From positions 90,953 through 154,952 of the forward strand of contig CAJWJK010000003.1 in the NCBI GenBank assembly GCA_913041535.1: 64,000 bases of DNA. The letters run 5' to 3'. This stretch comes from an uncultured Alphaproteobacteria bacterium (GTDB lineage: Bacteria; Pseudomonadota; Alphaproteobacteria; VGEJ01). The translations under genes and the position numbers were made by a program. The notes below the pieces were generated by a model, which saw only the letters and a program-made list of their open reading frames with translations, searched no databases and was not told where the DNA came from. Below are positions 41,989 to 52,137 of this stretch, one piece after another. Each line of letters starts with the position of its first letter. Within the stretch, counting starts at the first letter, position 1.

Positions 41989-42888
41989 TTGTTAGGTCGA
42001 CATTCTTCACATTACGTACCCTACTTACTGCTGGTGCTAACCAGCCTTTTCTGGGCAGGAAATGGGATTGCTGGTCGCTTGGCGGCGACATCTAATATCG
42101 AACCATTGGCGCTCACATTCTGGCGATGGCTCGCAGCACTGGCATTTATAGTGCCATTTGCACTGCCGTACATATTTGCAGAGCGCGTGGCACTAGTTAG
42201 GCATTGGCGAATTCTTACTATTTTAGGCGCACTGAGTGTGACTGCGTTCACTGCATTCTATTATTATGCCCTTAGCCTCAGTACAGCTATAAACGTCACC
42301 CTTGTAGCCGCAACAATGCCTGCTGCAATTGTCGGTCTTTCCTGGCTTCTATTTCGGGAGACAGTAACCTCGAGGGCATTAATAGGGATGTTGGTAGCCT
42401 TTATTGGTGTTGTCGCCATAATCGCGCGAGGCGACGTATCTGTTTTGTGGGAACTAGGATTCAATCCTGGGGATTTAGTTGCTCTCGGCGCGGTGTTTAC
42501 TTGGGCGCTTTATTCAGTGCTACTAAGGTACCGTCCGCGGGAGCTACACTCCCTGACTTTTTTAACAGGTATTATTCTGCCTGGAGTCATCATCAACCTG
42601 GTTGTGTTGTTGATTGACGCTGATAGCGTTTCCGTCACATTCAACTGGAGTAACGTCGCGCTAATTGCGTATGTTGGATTGTTTCCATCGGTGCTTGCCT
42701 ACGTTTTTTTTAACTCTGGTGTAAAAGCCGTAGGGGCTAATATATCTGGTCAGTTCGGCTATCTTGTTCCGCTCTTCGCAGCGTTTCTAGCAGTGGCTAT
42801 CTTGGGAGAAACTTTTGAGACATATCATTTCATTGGGATGACAGTAATATTTGCCGGTCTTTATCTTGCCAGTCGTAGTCGCACATAA
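41989..42888 (+). CDS. DMT/EamA family transporter
   Basis: About 10 TM segments, FWAGN, L.FWRW, GD...L.A...WALYS, Y.GLFPS.LAY. Confidence 0.9.
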   Translation: MLGRHSSHYVPYLLLVLTSLFWAGNGIAGRLAATSNIEPLALTFWRWLAALAFIVPFALPYIFAERVALVRHWRILTILGALSVTAFTAFYYYALSLSTAINVTLVAATMPAAIVGLSWLLFRETVTSRALIGMLVAFIGVVAIIARGDVSVLWELGFNPGDLVALGAVFTWALYSVLLRYRPRELHSLTFLTGIILPGVIINLVVLLIDADSVSVTFNWSNVALIAYVGLFPSVLAYVFFNSGVKAVGANISGQFGYLVPLFAAFLAVAILGETFETYHFIGMTVIFAGLYLASRSRT

Positions 42889-42970
42889 ATAGCTACATCG
42901 AATATCTGATCGAGTGTGTTTGGGAGTTCGGATTCATCAAGCACGCAAAAAAGATTTAAAGAGGAAGCGC

Positions 42971-43801
42971 ATGGAAACGTTAGTAAGGAGTGATCGTGAA
43001 TTTTATGTCCGATTCTGGGGTGTGCGTAAAAGTACGCCCGTTTGTGAATCGGAATTTTTCCGTTATGGGGGAAACACTTCGTGTCTCGAGGTGCGCTGTG
43101 GCAATCAGCTGTTCATGTTTGATGCAGGCACTGGATGTCGCTATCTCGGCAACAGCCTTGATGGGAGTTCAGGCATAGATGCAGATGTGTTTTTCACTGG
43201 GACTAATTTTGAGCATGTATGCGGTCTTCCGTTTTTTAAACCAGCATTTTTTCCAACAAATAGCTTTAAATTTTTTGCTGGACACCTGTTGCCCGACGTG
43301 GGCATTCAGAGCACGCTCCAACACATGATGAGGGAACCATTGTTTCCTGTGCCACTACAGGTGTTTGAGTCACAATTCTCGTATCATGATTTCTTTGCTG
43401 GCGAAACCTTAAAGCCGCGTGAGGGAGTTGTTGTGCATACTGCATTAATGCAAGATCTATATAAAGGTACGGCCTACAGGATTGAATATGACAACCGTTC
43501 AATTTGCTATCTTACAAACGCAAGACTCCCTGGAGATGGACCGAAGACAAACATGTATCGGTTGATTGAAGGCGCTGATGTTGTTATCTGCGATTCAATA
43601 TTTGTTGGGCGAACTGAACCTAACCGACTTGTGTGGAATGATGGAATCAACTTTTGTGAGAGGGCAGGTGCAAAGAAACTTGTAATTTTTCCCCATCCAC
43701 CTGAGTACGATGATAATTTTTTGGACGGCGTTGCACGCCATGCTTCCGCATTTTGTCCGGCTACGATGATTGCGAGTGAAGGTATGGTGCTGCATCCCTA
43801 A
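42971..43801 (+). CDS. MBL-fold metallo-hydrolase homologue lacking most metal ligands
   Basis: VRFWGVR.S, RYGGNTSC.EV, DAGTG and GLPFF.P are conserved, but HxHxDH reads GTNFEH. Start at ATG 42971 with GAGGA RBS. Confidence 0.8.
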   Translation: METLVRSDREFYVRFWGVRKSTPVCESEFFRYGGNTSCLEVRCGNQLFMFDAGTGCRYLGNSLDGSSGIDADVFFTGTNFEHVCGLPFFKPAFFPTNSFKFFAGHLLPDVGIQSTLQHMMREPLFPVPLQVFESQFSYHDFFAGETLKPREGVVVHTALMQDLYKGTAYRIEYDNRSICYLTNARLPGDGPKTNMYRLIEGADVVICDSIFVGRTEPNRLVWNDGINFCERAGAKKLVIFPHPPEYDDNFLDGVARHASAFCPATMIASEGMVLHP

Positions 43802-43817
43802 ACTGAGGCTAAAGGAT

Positions 43818-44669
43818 GTGAAAGAACGCTGGAGAACTTCTATTAGAGCCTTTTGGATGGGCATTCTTACCGTATTGCGCATAGATGTACGTGGGTTTTT
43901 CATCCCCTATCGGTATGCAGCCCTTTTGCAAACTCAGGAAGTGAAATATCCATTGCTTGAAACAGTGTTTAACAAGAGGAGGCAAAGTTTTGTTGAAGTT
44001 CTCGATTCAATAGATTCGTTCGAAGCTAATTTAAATAAAATTGGAGGTGAACCACCTCCCGCTCCGCGCTTTGATCAAGGGTGGTTTCCAACGCTTGATG
44101 CTGCAGCGGCATACGCTCTAGTTCGTAGGAACATCCCAAAAAGACTTGTGGAGGTCGGCTCTGGTCATTCCACACGGTTCTTAATGCGAGCACTGATTGA
44201 TGAGCGAGCCAATATAAAGTTCACTTCTATTGATCCTATGCCGCGCGCTGATATCTGTGGTTTGCCTCTAGAACTTATTCGCTCGACTGTGCAAGAGGTT
44301 GGGACGGGAATAACCGATGTACTGGAATCCGGAGATATCTTATTTATCGATTCTAGTCATGTGCTAATGCCTGGTAGTGACGTAGATTGGGTTATTAATC
44401 AAGTTTTTCCCTCTTTAGAGCCTGGCGTATTGATTCATGTGCACGACATTTTCTTGCCTGACGCATACCCCTCATCATGGGCGTGGCGTGGCTACAACGA
44501 GCAGACCGCGATTTCAGCTCTAATAACCAATTCCCCAGGTTATGAAGTGGTGTTTGCCAGTCACTATGTTAGTGCTCGAATGTCGGATCTCTTGGCCAGG
44601 ACTATAGTTAATAGACTTCCTTGTTACACTGATTCACATGCTTCTAGCCTCTGGCTACGTAAGCAGTGA
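43818..44669 (+). CDS. Class I SAM-dependent methyltransferase (Methyltransf_24-like)
   Basis: VEVGSGHST, IDPMPR, LFIDSSH, PGVLIHVHDIF.P..YP, YNEQ. Start at GTG 43818 with AAGGA RBS. Confidence 0.82.
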   Translation: MKERWRTSIRAFWMGILTVLRIDVRGFFIPYRYAALLQTQEVKYPLLETVFNKRRQSFVEVLDSIDSFEANLNKIGGEPPPAPRFDQGWFPTLDAAAAYALVRRNIPKRLVEVGSGHSTRFLMRALIDERANIKFTSIDPMPRADICGLPLELIRSTVQEVGTGITDVLESGDILFIDSSHVLMPGSDVDWVINQVFPSLEPGVLIHVHDIFLPDAYPSSWAWRGYNEQTAISALITNSPGYEVVFASHYVSARMSDLLARTIVNRLPCYTDSHASSLWLRKQ

Positions 44670-44861
44670 CAGTTCGTATGAGAGAGTTTCCAAGCACATA
44701 AAAAGATTTATTGTACGTAATCAAAGCCCAGAAAACTCTTGAAAGTCCCCATCCAGGGTTCTTAAGAATGCTCTTATATCAGGCTTTGTATAGCGAAAAG
44801 AGACGCATACCCCAAATGAACACGGGGACTGGTAAATAATGATTTAAGCTCATCTCTGAGA

Positions 44862-46037
44862 CTATTTATATGGATCGGCAGCGTCTCGAAGGCCGTCACC
44901 AAAGAAGCTCAAGGCAAGAACCACTATCATTACGGGAGCAACCGGCAACATTAGCCATGGGTAGATGGCAACGATATCAAAATTTTGTGCTTCGTTAAGA
45001 AGCACGCCCCAGCTGGTAATTGGTGGTCGGAGGCCCAGGCCTAGATATGATAAAACAGTTTCGCCTAGGATCATGCCTGGTATAGAGAGTGTAACTGAAG
45101 CAATAAGATGCGATGCAAAACTTGGTAGAAGGTGACGTGAGATCACCCGTCTGGGGCTTGCGCCCATTAACACAGCTGCGACTGCAAAATCTTCCTCGCG
45201 CAATGATAGAAGTTTGGAACGGACTGCACGAGCAAGTCCAGGCCACTCGATGAGGCCAAGTATGACAGTAATTCCTAAGTAAATTAATATAGGGCTCCAT
45301 GTTACCGGGAGTGCGGCGGATAGTGCCATCCAAAGAGGCAATTCAGGAAAGGAGCGGATAATTTCAATGAGGCGTTGTACAGCAGAGTCGACCCAGCCGC
45401 CAAAGTATCCCGCCATTCCACCTAGCACGATTCCAAATACAAAGCTGATTATTACTCCGACTAGACCGATGGTAAGGGAGATGCGTGTTCCATATATTAT
45501 TCGGGACAGCTGATCTCGCCCCAATCTATCGGTACCAAGCAGATAGAGACTTCCATTTTCAGCTGGGCAAAAAAGGTGAAAACGTCCTTCTACTGCACCC
45601 CAGAATTCATAGCTATCGCCCATACAGAAGAAACGAAGGCGCTGAATGTTGTCATTATTGGGGGTATAGACTCTTTGCAAGTTCTCCATATCTAGCTTGT
45701 AATCGTAACCGTAAACGAAGGGACCGATGAAGCTACCTTCGTGAAATAAATGTAGTCCCTGTGGTGGCGCATAAATGTGGGTTCGGTCTCGTGTGTTGAG
45801 GTGATAAGGCGCAAGCACCTCACTAATCAATATGGATCCGTACATAAAGAGAAGCACAATTGCCGAAATCACGGCTAGTTTGTGGCGACGGAACTTCCAC
45901 CACATGATTCTCCACTGCGATGCCATGAAAAACCGTTCTTGCTCGGGTGTCATGACCTCTGTTGCGTACGGGTCAAAAGGTTCCTTGCTAACAAAATGCT
46001 GCAACGGAGTTTCTTTTTTTGTCTCAGAGTCAGTCAT
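44862..46037 (-). CDS. Opp/Dpp-type ABC importer permease (OppC-like)
   Basis: LLGTDRLGRD..SRII.G.R.SL, EAA-like loop EDFAVAA..MGAS, SWG.LL, GDGLRDAADP. Confidence 0.92.
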   Translation of the reverse strand: MTDSETKKETPLQHFVSKEPFDPYATEVMTPEQERFFMASQWRIMWWKFRRHKLAVISAIVLLFMYGSILISEVLAPYHLNTRDRTHIYAPPQGLHLFHEGSFIGPFVYGYDYKLDMENLQRVYTPNNDNIQRLRFFCMGDSYEFWGAVEGRFHLFCPAENGSLYLLGTDRLGRDQLSRIIYGTRISLTIGLVGVIISFVFGIVLGGMAGYFGGWVDSAVQRLIEIIRSFPELPLWMALSAALPVTWSPILIYLGITVILGLIEWPGLARAVRSKLLSLREEDFAVAAVLMGASPRRVISRHLLPSFASHLIASVTLSIPGMILGETVLSYLGLGLRPPITSWGVLLNEAQNFDIVAIYPWLMLPVAPVMIVVLALSFFGDGLRDAADPYK

Positions 46038-47059
46038 TTTAGACGTTTACCACCAAGACGGATGCGGGGGTCCAGCACACTAAGAGCTATATCAGATATG
46101 AACATGCCTACCACGGTTAGAAGTGTGAGCATAAAGATCAATGCTCCAGCCAGATATTGGTCTTGCGAACGCAATGCTTGGACAAGTAGCGGGCCAAGCG
46201 TTGGTAAAGAAAGTATCATTGCAATAAGGGCTGAGCCTGAAATGAGTGTTGGAAGCAAGTTTCCGATATCGGCAATAAATGGATTCAAGGAGACTCGTAA
46301 AGGGTATTTGATCAATAGTCGCGTGGCAGGCAGTCCCTTCGCTCGACCGGTTACCACATATTGTTTCTGAAGTTCGTCCAGTAGATTAGCTCGGAGTCTT
46401 CTTATCATACCAGCTGTACCCGAGGTGCCAATAATGACTACGGGTATCCACAAGTGTTCTAGAACTGACAGGAGTTTGTCCCAGGACCATGGTTGATTAA
46501 TGTACTCAGGGGCCATCAAACCACCAATAGAGGTGCCAAAATGGACATTTGCGAAATACATTATGATGAGGGCTAGTAAGAAATTTGGAGTTGCTAATCC
46601 CAAAAACCCAACAAAACTTAAAGTGTGATCACCCCAACTGTACTGATGTGTTGCAGAATATACGCCAATGGGAAAAGCCATGATCCATGTGAACAGCACA
46701 ACGGAAAAGTTCAGTAACACAGTGAAAGCGATGTTTCCGCTAACCACTTCGCTTACCGGGCGGTCAAACTCAAAGGAATGTCCAAGGTTCCCTTGCAATA
46801 GGCCGGAGAATCCATTTGGACCTTCTAAAATACCAATCCAAACACCGTATTGCTCAACAAAAGGTCGATCTAGAGAGTATTCGTGCCGCAAGAACTCAAT
46901 TTGATCAAGAGCAGCAGTATCCCCCTGAGACCGAAGTTCTGAAATTTGATTTGAAAGGTAATCGCCGGGAGGTGCTTGAATTATCAAAAACGTCAGGAAA
47001 CTGATGATCAGAATCGTTGGGATCATGATCAATATTCTGTGTGTAAGGTACGTAAACAT
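46034..47059 (-). CDS. Opp/Dpp-type ABC importer permease (OppB-like)
   Basis: PPGD, LDRP...QY..W, G.LGHS, YV.T.RAKGL, LDPRIR. Confidence 0.92.
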   Translation of the reverse strand: MFTYLTHRILIMIPTILIISFLTFLIIQAPPGDYLSNQISELRSQGDTAALDQIEFLRHEYSLDRPFVEQYGVWIGILEGPNGFSGLLQGNLGHSFEFDRPVSEVVSGNIAFTVLLNFSVVLFTWIMAFPIGVYSATHQYSWGDHTLSFVGFLGLATPNFLLALIIMYFANVHFGTSIGGLMAPEYINQPWSWDKLLSVLEHLWIPVVIIGTSGTAGMIRRLRANLLDELQKQYVVTGRAKGLPATRLLIKYPLRVSLNPFIADIGNLLPTLISGSALIAMILSLPTLGPLLVQALRSQDQYLAGALIFMLTLLTVVGMFISDIALSVLDPRIRLGGKRLK

Positions 47060-47073
47060 TTCAGTTTCTGAGC

Positions 47074-49002
47074 TCAGGGAGATTCAGACGTTTCGTACCA
47101 GAAGGTATCTGGTCGGTATATTCCAAATTGTGCTCCTGGGTTCCAGTTATAAACCGCGTTACGTGGTAAATTTCGTAAGCTATTATGGACTACAACTGGC
47201 TGCATAATGCCTGATATTATGCCAATCGAGAACACTTGGTCCTTATGAATTTCCAGCATCCTATGCCAAATTGCTTCTCTCTCATCCTTGGTGGGGGTCA
47301 CAAGCCAAGCCTTATGCAGTCTTAAAAGCTCAACTGCAGGTTGCATGTCTGGAGCTTCACCAGAAGCCCCATTCGTTTCATAGTATTGGCCCCATTTGGG
47401 CCATTGGTACGCGTGTTGCCGTGTAGGGGCCAGCTCTTCTGGGCTCATTTCTGGTGTAGGCAGCCCATTTTCGATACCGGACCATATGGAAATCTGAGTT
47501 TCACCGGAAAAGATTCTGTTGCGAAAGACTTCTCGTTGGGAGGGGCGTGTATAGACCTTGATGCCAATTTCTGCCCAGTTATCACGGATCAACTCTAATA
47601 CATCTGTTTGCTCTGTATCCTCGCCAGCAGTCTCGATAATTACTTCGAATGGTCTTCCATCAGGAAGTAGTCGATGGCCGGAGTAATTGCGCTCTTTTAG
47701 CCCCACCTCATCGAGTAGTTCGTTGGCTTTACGCGGATCATACTGTGACCAATCGGTTTGATAGTGGGGCTTAAACAATGGGCTATCCGTTAGGACCGTA
47801 TTATTGCCCTCTACGGCTAGACCAAAATATAGGACTTGATTAATAAGACCTCTATCTATAGCGATCGATAAGGCACGGCGTACGCGGACATCTCGAAATA
47901 CAGTCCTCCACACAGGATCGTTAATGTTCAAGTTAGGGTATAGTGCTAGGTGGGAACCTTTCGCCGTTCGCCATAGAAGCGTAGAATAGTTGTTCCTTTT
48001 CTCGCCTTTCTTGAGAAACGTGTAGTTGTTGAAAAATAGGCTACGGGATTGGAGGTCCACTTCACCAGCACTTGCCTTTCCAGGAATGAGCTTGCTGTCG
48101 GCAATAGTTAATATGAAACGATCAATATATGGCAGTTGGCGGCCATTTTCGTCTATACGGTGATAATACGGGTTACGCTCGCCCACAAAGCGATTAGACT
48201 GGTCTGCAGTCGTGTTACGCCACGGTTGTAGTGTTGGTAAATCAGGATTATCAAATTTGTATAGGTTGTCCATGCGATTATGGAGTGATGCCCAGTTACG
48301 CTTACCTGCTGCTAATGCTCGCTCCGCAAGCCTCTCGGCACTGGCGTATTTTGAGTGAAACAGTTTCATATAATGAGCTGGTCGGTAGATGAATAGTGGT
48401 GCCGCGTGTGCAATCGCTGGCAGGAATAGAGGATTAGGAGCAGACCACGTGTAGCGGATCGTATTGACATCTATAACTTCGAAACGTGGTCGTTTCCCAT
48501 TAACCATCATTTCCTTGGGAGGACCAGAAGGCCGAAGATCTTTGTTTGTTGCGACGTCTTCCCAGTAATAGCGAAAGTCTTCACTCGTAAAAGGATGTCC
48601 GTCAGACCACTTGTGTCCAGGGCGCAGTTTGATGGTAAAGATTCGTCCTTCGTCAACTGTGATTGATTGTGCGATGTCGGGAACTATATCAAATTTAGTA
48701 TTATATCCGACTAATCTAGAGTAACCGTAGACAACAAAAAGCCGCACATCTTTGGCCCTTACGCCCAACATTCGAAGTTCTCCACCATGTTGTCCTGGCG
48801 TCAAACCGTTACCACGAAGTTTTATAACTCTAGGTGTTTCGGGAACTCGTTCGTACACTGGGGGTAGTTCCCCAGCCGCCACCTGTTTGTGGAGCATGGG
48901 TGTCTCAACCCAATCCCCCGCGGCACCATGTGTTGCTGTGGCAATCGTTATCGAAAGTAACGTGAAAATAACCAGCGAATAAAGTGTTTGGCGCGGGTTC
49001 AT
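47074..49002 (-). CDS. Family 5 (OppA/DppA-like) periplasmic substrate-binding protein
   Basis: Signal peptide, GELPPV.ER.P, GHKWSDGHPFT..D, RNPYY..D..G.QLPYID, RRALS.AIDR. Start at ATG 49002 (ATGA overlap). Confidence 0.9.
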   Translation of the reverse strand: MNPRQTLYSLVIFTLLSITIATATHGAAGDWVETPMLHKQVAAGELPPVYERVPETPRVIKLRGNGLTPGQHGGELRMLGVRAKDVRLFVVYGYSRLVGYNTKFDIVPDIAQSITVDEGRIFTIKLRPGHKWSDGHPFTSEDFRYYWEDVATNKDLRPSGPPKEMMVNGKRPRFEVIDVNTIRYTWSAPNPLFLPAIAHAAPLFIYRPAHYMKLFHSKYASAERLAERALAAGKRNWASLHNRMDNLYKFDNPDLPTLQPWRNTTADQSNRFVGERNPYYHRIDENGRQLPYIDRFILTIADSKLIPGKASAGEVDLQSRSLFFNNYTFLKKGEKRNNYSTLLWRTAKGSHLALYPNLNINDPVWRTVFRDVRVRRALSIAIDRGLINQVLYFGLAVEGNNTVLTDSPLFKPHYQTDWSQYDPRKANELLDEVGLKERNYSGHRLLPDGRPFEVIIETAGEDTEQTDVLELIRDNWAEIGIKVYTRPSQREVFRNRIFSGETQISIWSGIENGLPTPEMSPEELAPTRQHAYQWPKWGQYYETNGASGEAPDMQPAVELLRLHKAWLVTPTKDEREAIWHRMLEIHKDQVFSIGIISGIMQPVVVHNSLRNLPRNAVYNWNPGAQFGIYRPDTFWYETSESP

Positions 49003-50879
49003 GATTCTATTTGTGGTGCCACAGATGTACGTACGAAATGACCCTCGCCAAGATCCAGCATACTTAGTGATTGGGTTCCGTCTATAGTATAGGGTGTAGG
49101 CCAATCGGCTGGGTTAGAGGCTTTGCCCGACATCAATCCGGTAAGATCAAGAGGGTCATCTGGGTCGGGCTTTGGGACGGCCGAAAGAAGTGCACGTGTA
49201 TAGGGGTGAATGGGGTTCTGAAATAATACTTCTCTTGGCGCAAGCTCGACCAAACATCCGGAGCACATGACAGCTATCCGATCGGCAATATAGTCAACTA
49301 CAGCTAGATTGTGTGATATGAAGATATAGGTCAGGGTGAGATTCGTCTGCAGCTCTTTGAGAAGATTTAGGACCTGCGCTTGCACGGACACATCAAGAGC
49401 TGATACTGGTTCATCGCAGATTAATAGTTCTGGCTGGAGTGCAAGAGCTCGGGCAATTCCTATCCGCTGACGTTGACCCCCTGAGAAACTATGGGGATAG
49501 CGTCGTCGATGTCTTACATTGAGGCCCACCAACTCCATTAACTCCGTTACGCGCTGAGCTCGGAAAGTTTCGTCACCTATTTTGTGGATAATCAGGGGTT
49601 CATTAATTATATCAAAAACAGTCATGCGGGGGTTAAGTGAGCTGAATGGGTCTTGGAAGATGTATTGGACACTTCGACGAAAATTCCATAGTTCCTTACC
49701 CTGCAATTTTAGTACGTCGATCATGTGTCCATTATCGTTAAATAGAACCTCGCCTGAATCGGCTGATAAAGCGCGCATTAAGATTTTGCTCGTTGTAGTC
49801 TTGCCACAACCTGACTCGCCCACAAGGCCAAGACAGGAGCCTCGTGGCACTTCAAAGCTAACATTATCTACAGCAATAGTGGCATCGTTGGTCTTTTTGC
49901 TAAAAAAAGAGCGTTTCCGGCCATCGAATGACTTGCTTAAGTTGCGGACGCTCAACAAAGGGCCTGCTTTGATCGCTTCGTTGCTCCAAGGTTTACTTTC
50001 TGTATGTAGGAGCTCTCCTTTACTTTTAATTTCTCGAATTGGTATGAGTCTTTCTTCTGGTTTCATGTTGAACCGAGGGACAGCAGACAATAACGCGGTC
50101 AGATATGGGTGTTGGGGATCGTGAAAAATATCGTGCAAAGAGCCATGCTCCATAACTTTGCCATGATACATAACCACGACTTCATCTGCCATGTTGGCAA
50201 CGACTCCCAGATCATGAGTGATCATCAGAATTGCCATTTGGAGCTCGCGCTGCAAGTCATTCATGAGCTTTAGAATCTGAGCTTGGATCGTCACGTCCAA
50301 TGCAGTTGTTGGTTCATCGGCAATCAAGAGAGCGGGGTTGCAGATTAGAGCCATTGCAATCATTGCTCGTTGGCGCAGCCCGCCCGAAAGCTCAAACGGA
50401 TAAGATTGTAGCGCGCTACGGGGGCTAGGGAAGCCAACTAAACGAAGCATATCTTCTGCGACATCAAGCCCTTTTTTTCGGTTTGCAACACGATGTAAAT
50501 GAAAAGCTTCTGTAATTTGGTTTCCAATAGTATGAAGTGGTGAGAGAGACGTCATCGGCTCTTGGAAGATGATAGAGATGCGCCCACCTCGCAAAGCTTG
50601 CATGTCTTTGCTATCTGGTGGCAGATTGCAGATATCAATTACAGGGCCATCCGTTGTGGGGTCACAGAAATCGATAGTGCCTTCAGCAATATGCGCTACT
50701 TTTGGTAAAATACCCATAATGGCTTGAGATACCACCGATTTTCCCGAGCCAGATTCGCCCACCAGTGCCACTGTTTTTCCCTGTGGAACTCTAAACGAAA
50801 CACCATCTACGGCACGAAGTATGCCATCTGGTAGGTCAAAATGAACTTTTAGGTTGGAAATTAGTAAAACATCAGACAT
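48999..50879 (-). CDS. Fused dual-NBD ABC ATPase (OppDF-like)
   Basis: Two intact NBDs: [23 protein letters not shown] and [24 protein letters not shown]; HPY motifs. Confidence 0.93.
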   Translation of the reverse strand: MSDVLLISNLKVHFDLPDGILRAVDGVSFRVPQGKTVALVGESGSGKSVVSQAIMGILPKVAHIAEGTIDFCDPTTDGPVIDICNLPPDSKDMQALRGGRISIIFQEPMTSLSPLHTIGNQITEAFHLHRVANRKKGLDVAEDMLRLVGFPSPRSALQSYPFELSGGLRQRAMIAMALICNPALLIADEPTTALDVTIQAQILKLMNDLQRELQMAILMITHDLGVVANMADEVVVMYHGKVMEHGSLHDIFHDPQHPYLTALLSAVPRFNMKPEERLIPIREIKSKGELLHTESKPWSNEAIKAGPLLSVRNLSKSFDGRKRSFFSKKTNDATIAVDNVSFEVPRGSCLGLVGESGCGKTTTSKILMRALSADSGEVLFNDNGHMIDVLKLQGKELWNFRRSVQYIFQDPFSSLNPRMTVFDIINEPLIIHKIGDETFRAQRVTELMELVGLNVRHRRRYPHSFSGGQRQRIGIARALALQPELLICDEPVSALDVSVQAQVLNLLKELQTNLTLTYIFISHNLAVVDYIADRIAVMCSGCLVELAPREVLFQNPIHPYTRALLSAVPKPDPDDPLDLTGLMSGKASNPADWPTPYTIDGTQSLSMLDLGEGHFVRTSVAPQIES

Positions 50880-51376
50880 TAACGTCTCTCCAGGGTGCCA
50901 ATAGGTGCATCTAGCGCGTAAAGATTATCTGTTGTTGTTGAATCCAATACGATACCGCGATTACGCGCTTCACGTGCGGCTGCTAGTGCAATATCTTCAA
51001 AACCCTCTAATGAAGAGTCTAATTTAATTTGCCTTGTTCGTGGGCCCATTAGGCTAAGCTGCATCCATCCGTTCCTTCGATCACGGCGAGTTGTGTAATA
51101 TCGGAGGCGAACTCGCTCGAGTCTACACCAATCAAGCTCGGCACGAAAAAGCCCAGTGCTTTCGACTCCAGAGCTAGTTAACGCCACTGTTGTTATTTGG
51201 CGGAGAACAGTGCGTATAGCAAAGACGGTGAAAAGCAATGCTAAGAATAAAAGAATGTATGCAGTTATTGTAAATATGTCTGTTATGATTAAAGGGCCAG
51301 CCGTTAGTGACAGGCCCACACCAGCGCGAAGATAATCAAGTATCAAAGATTTGATAGGGTATCGGTGTTGAGTCAT
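50879..51376 (-). CDS. Hypothetical membrane protein (2 N-terminal TM segments)
   Basis: Overlap-coupled to neighbours on both sides; two hydrophobic helices followed by a basic soluble domain. Confidence 0.75.
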   Translation of the reverse strand: MTQHRYPIKSLILDYLRAGVGLSLTAGPLIITDIFTITAYILLFLALLFTVFAIRTVLRQITTVALTSSGVESTGLFRAELDWCRLERVRLRYYTTRRDRRNGWMQLSLMGPRTRQIKLDSSLEGFEDIALAAAREARNRGIVLDSTTTDNLYALDAPIGTLERR

Positions 51377-52137
51377 GTCTCAACGCTAAAGATTTTGTCT
51401 GGGTGTGGCCAGATAGTGCTTTGTTCGACTGTAAGAACAGTCAGAAGTGAGTCTAAAAACTTCCAACTCGGTTCATCCATTACCAGATGATGTGTAAGCA
51501 GACCAGTTGGCTCGTTCTGGTCAACGATTCCCATTCGCCGATTAGATAAGTGCTGAACAAGGATGTGTACGCATGAATCAATTCCACGAAAATGGGGTTC
51601 TGGTTGCCAATTTAGAATGTCTACATGCACGTTGGTCTGCTGTACGCCCGTCGAAACCTCATTGATCTCTCGCGCGCCAAGAGTTGAGAGGCCGCGTACA
51701 CCTAGAGAATATAAGTGAGGGTATAGGTCGGGATTCATCCGATTCCAGGGAGGGACAAGAACTGGCAACGCAATATTGCCAAACAGAGTATCCATGGTTT
51801 CAGAACTACGTTCAATCTCCGCCAACACTTCGAATGATGGGCGATGTGAACCCCATTCAATTTTGCGTTCTCCGACGGGTGCATAATTCCGATGCAAGAA
51901 TCCATGCGTCGCTACTCTAGTTTCCGGATAAATTGATAGGTATTCAGTTAGGCGTGGGTCCGCTAGTTTTGGAATAGCAGCCAGGCATGGCGCAATATTG
52001 TGTCGCGTGACTAGATCAAAAAGGCGGTCAAGCGCAGCGGTTGGTGTCTGCACATCATCGTCACGCAACCACATGCTAGGTTGTCGGCCAACCCGTTTCC
52101 ACGCGTCAAGTTCTTGAACCAGGGCGGACCAACTCAT
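51373..52137 (-). CDS. Cytoplasmic polysaccharide deacetylase-like (CE4 fold) protein
   Basis: WLRDDD, HGFLH, VPPWNR, LLTHH resemble CE4 motifs 1/2/3/5. Start at ATG 52137 (ATGA overlap). Confidence 0.75.
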   Translation of the reverse strand: MSWSALVQELDAWKRVGRQPSMWLRDDDVQTPTAALDRLFDLVTRHNIAPCLAAIPKLADPRLTEYLSIYPETRVATHGFLHRNYAPVGERKIEWGSHRPSFEVLAEIERSSETMDTLFGNIALPVLVPPWNRMNPDLYPHLYSLGVRGLSTLGAREINEVSTGVQQTNVHVDILNWQPEPHFRGIDSCVHILVQHLSNRRMGIVDQNEPTGLLTHHLVMDEPSWKFLDSLLTVLTVEQSTIWPHPDKIFSVET

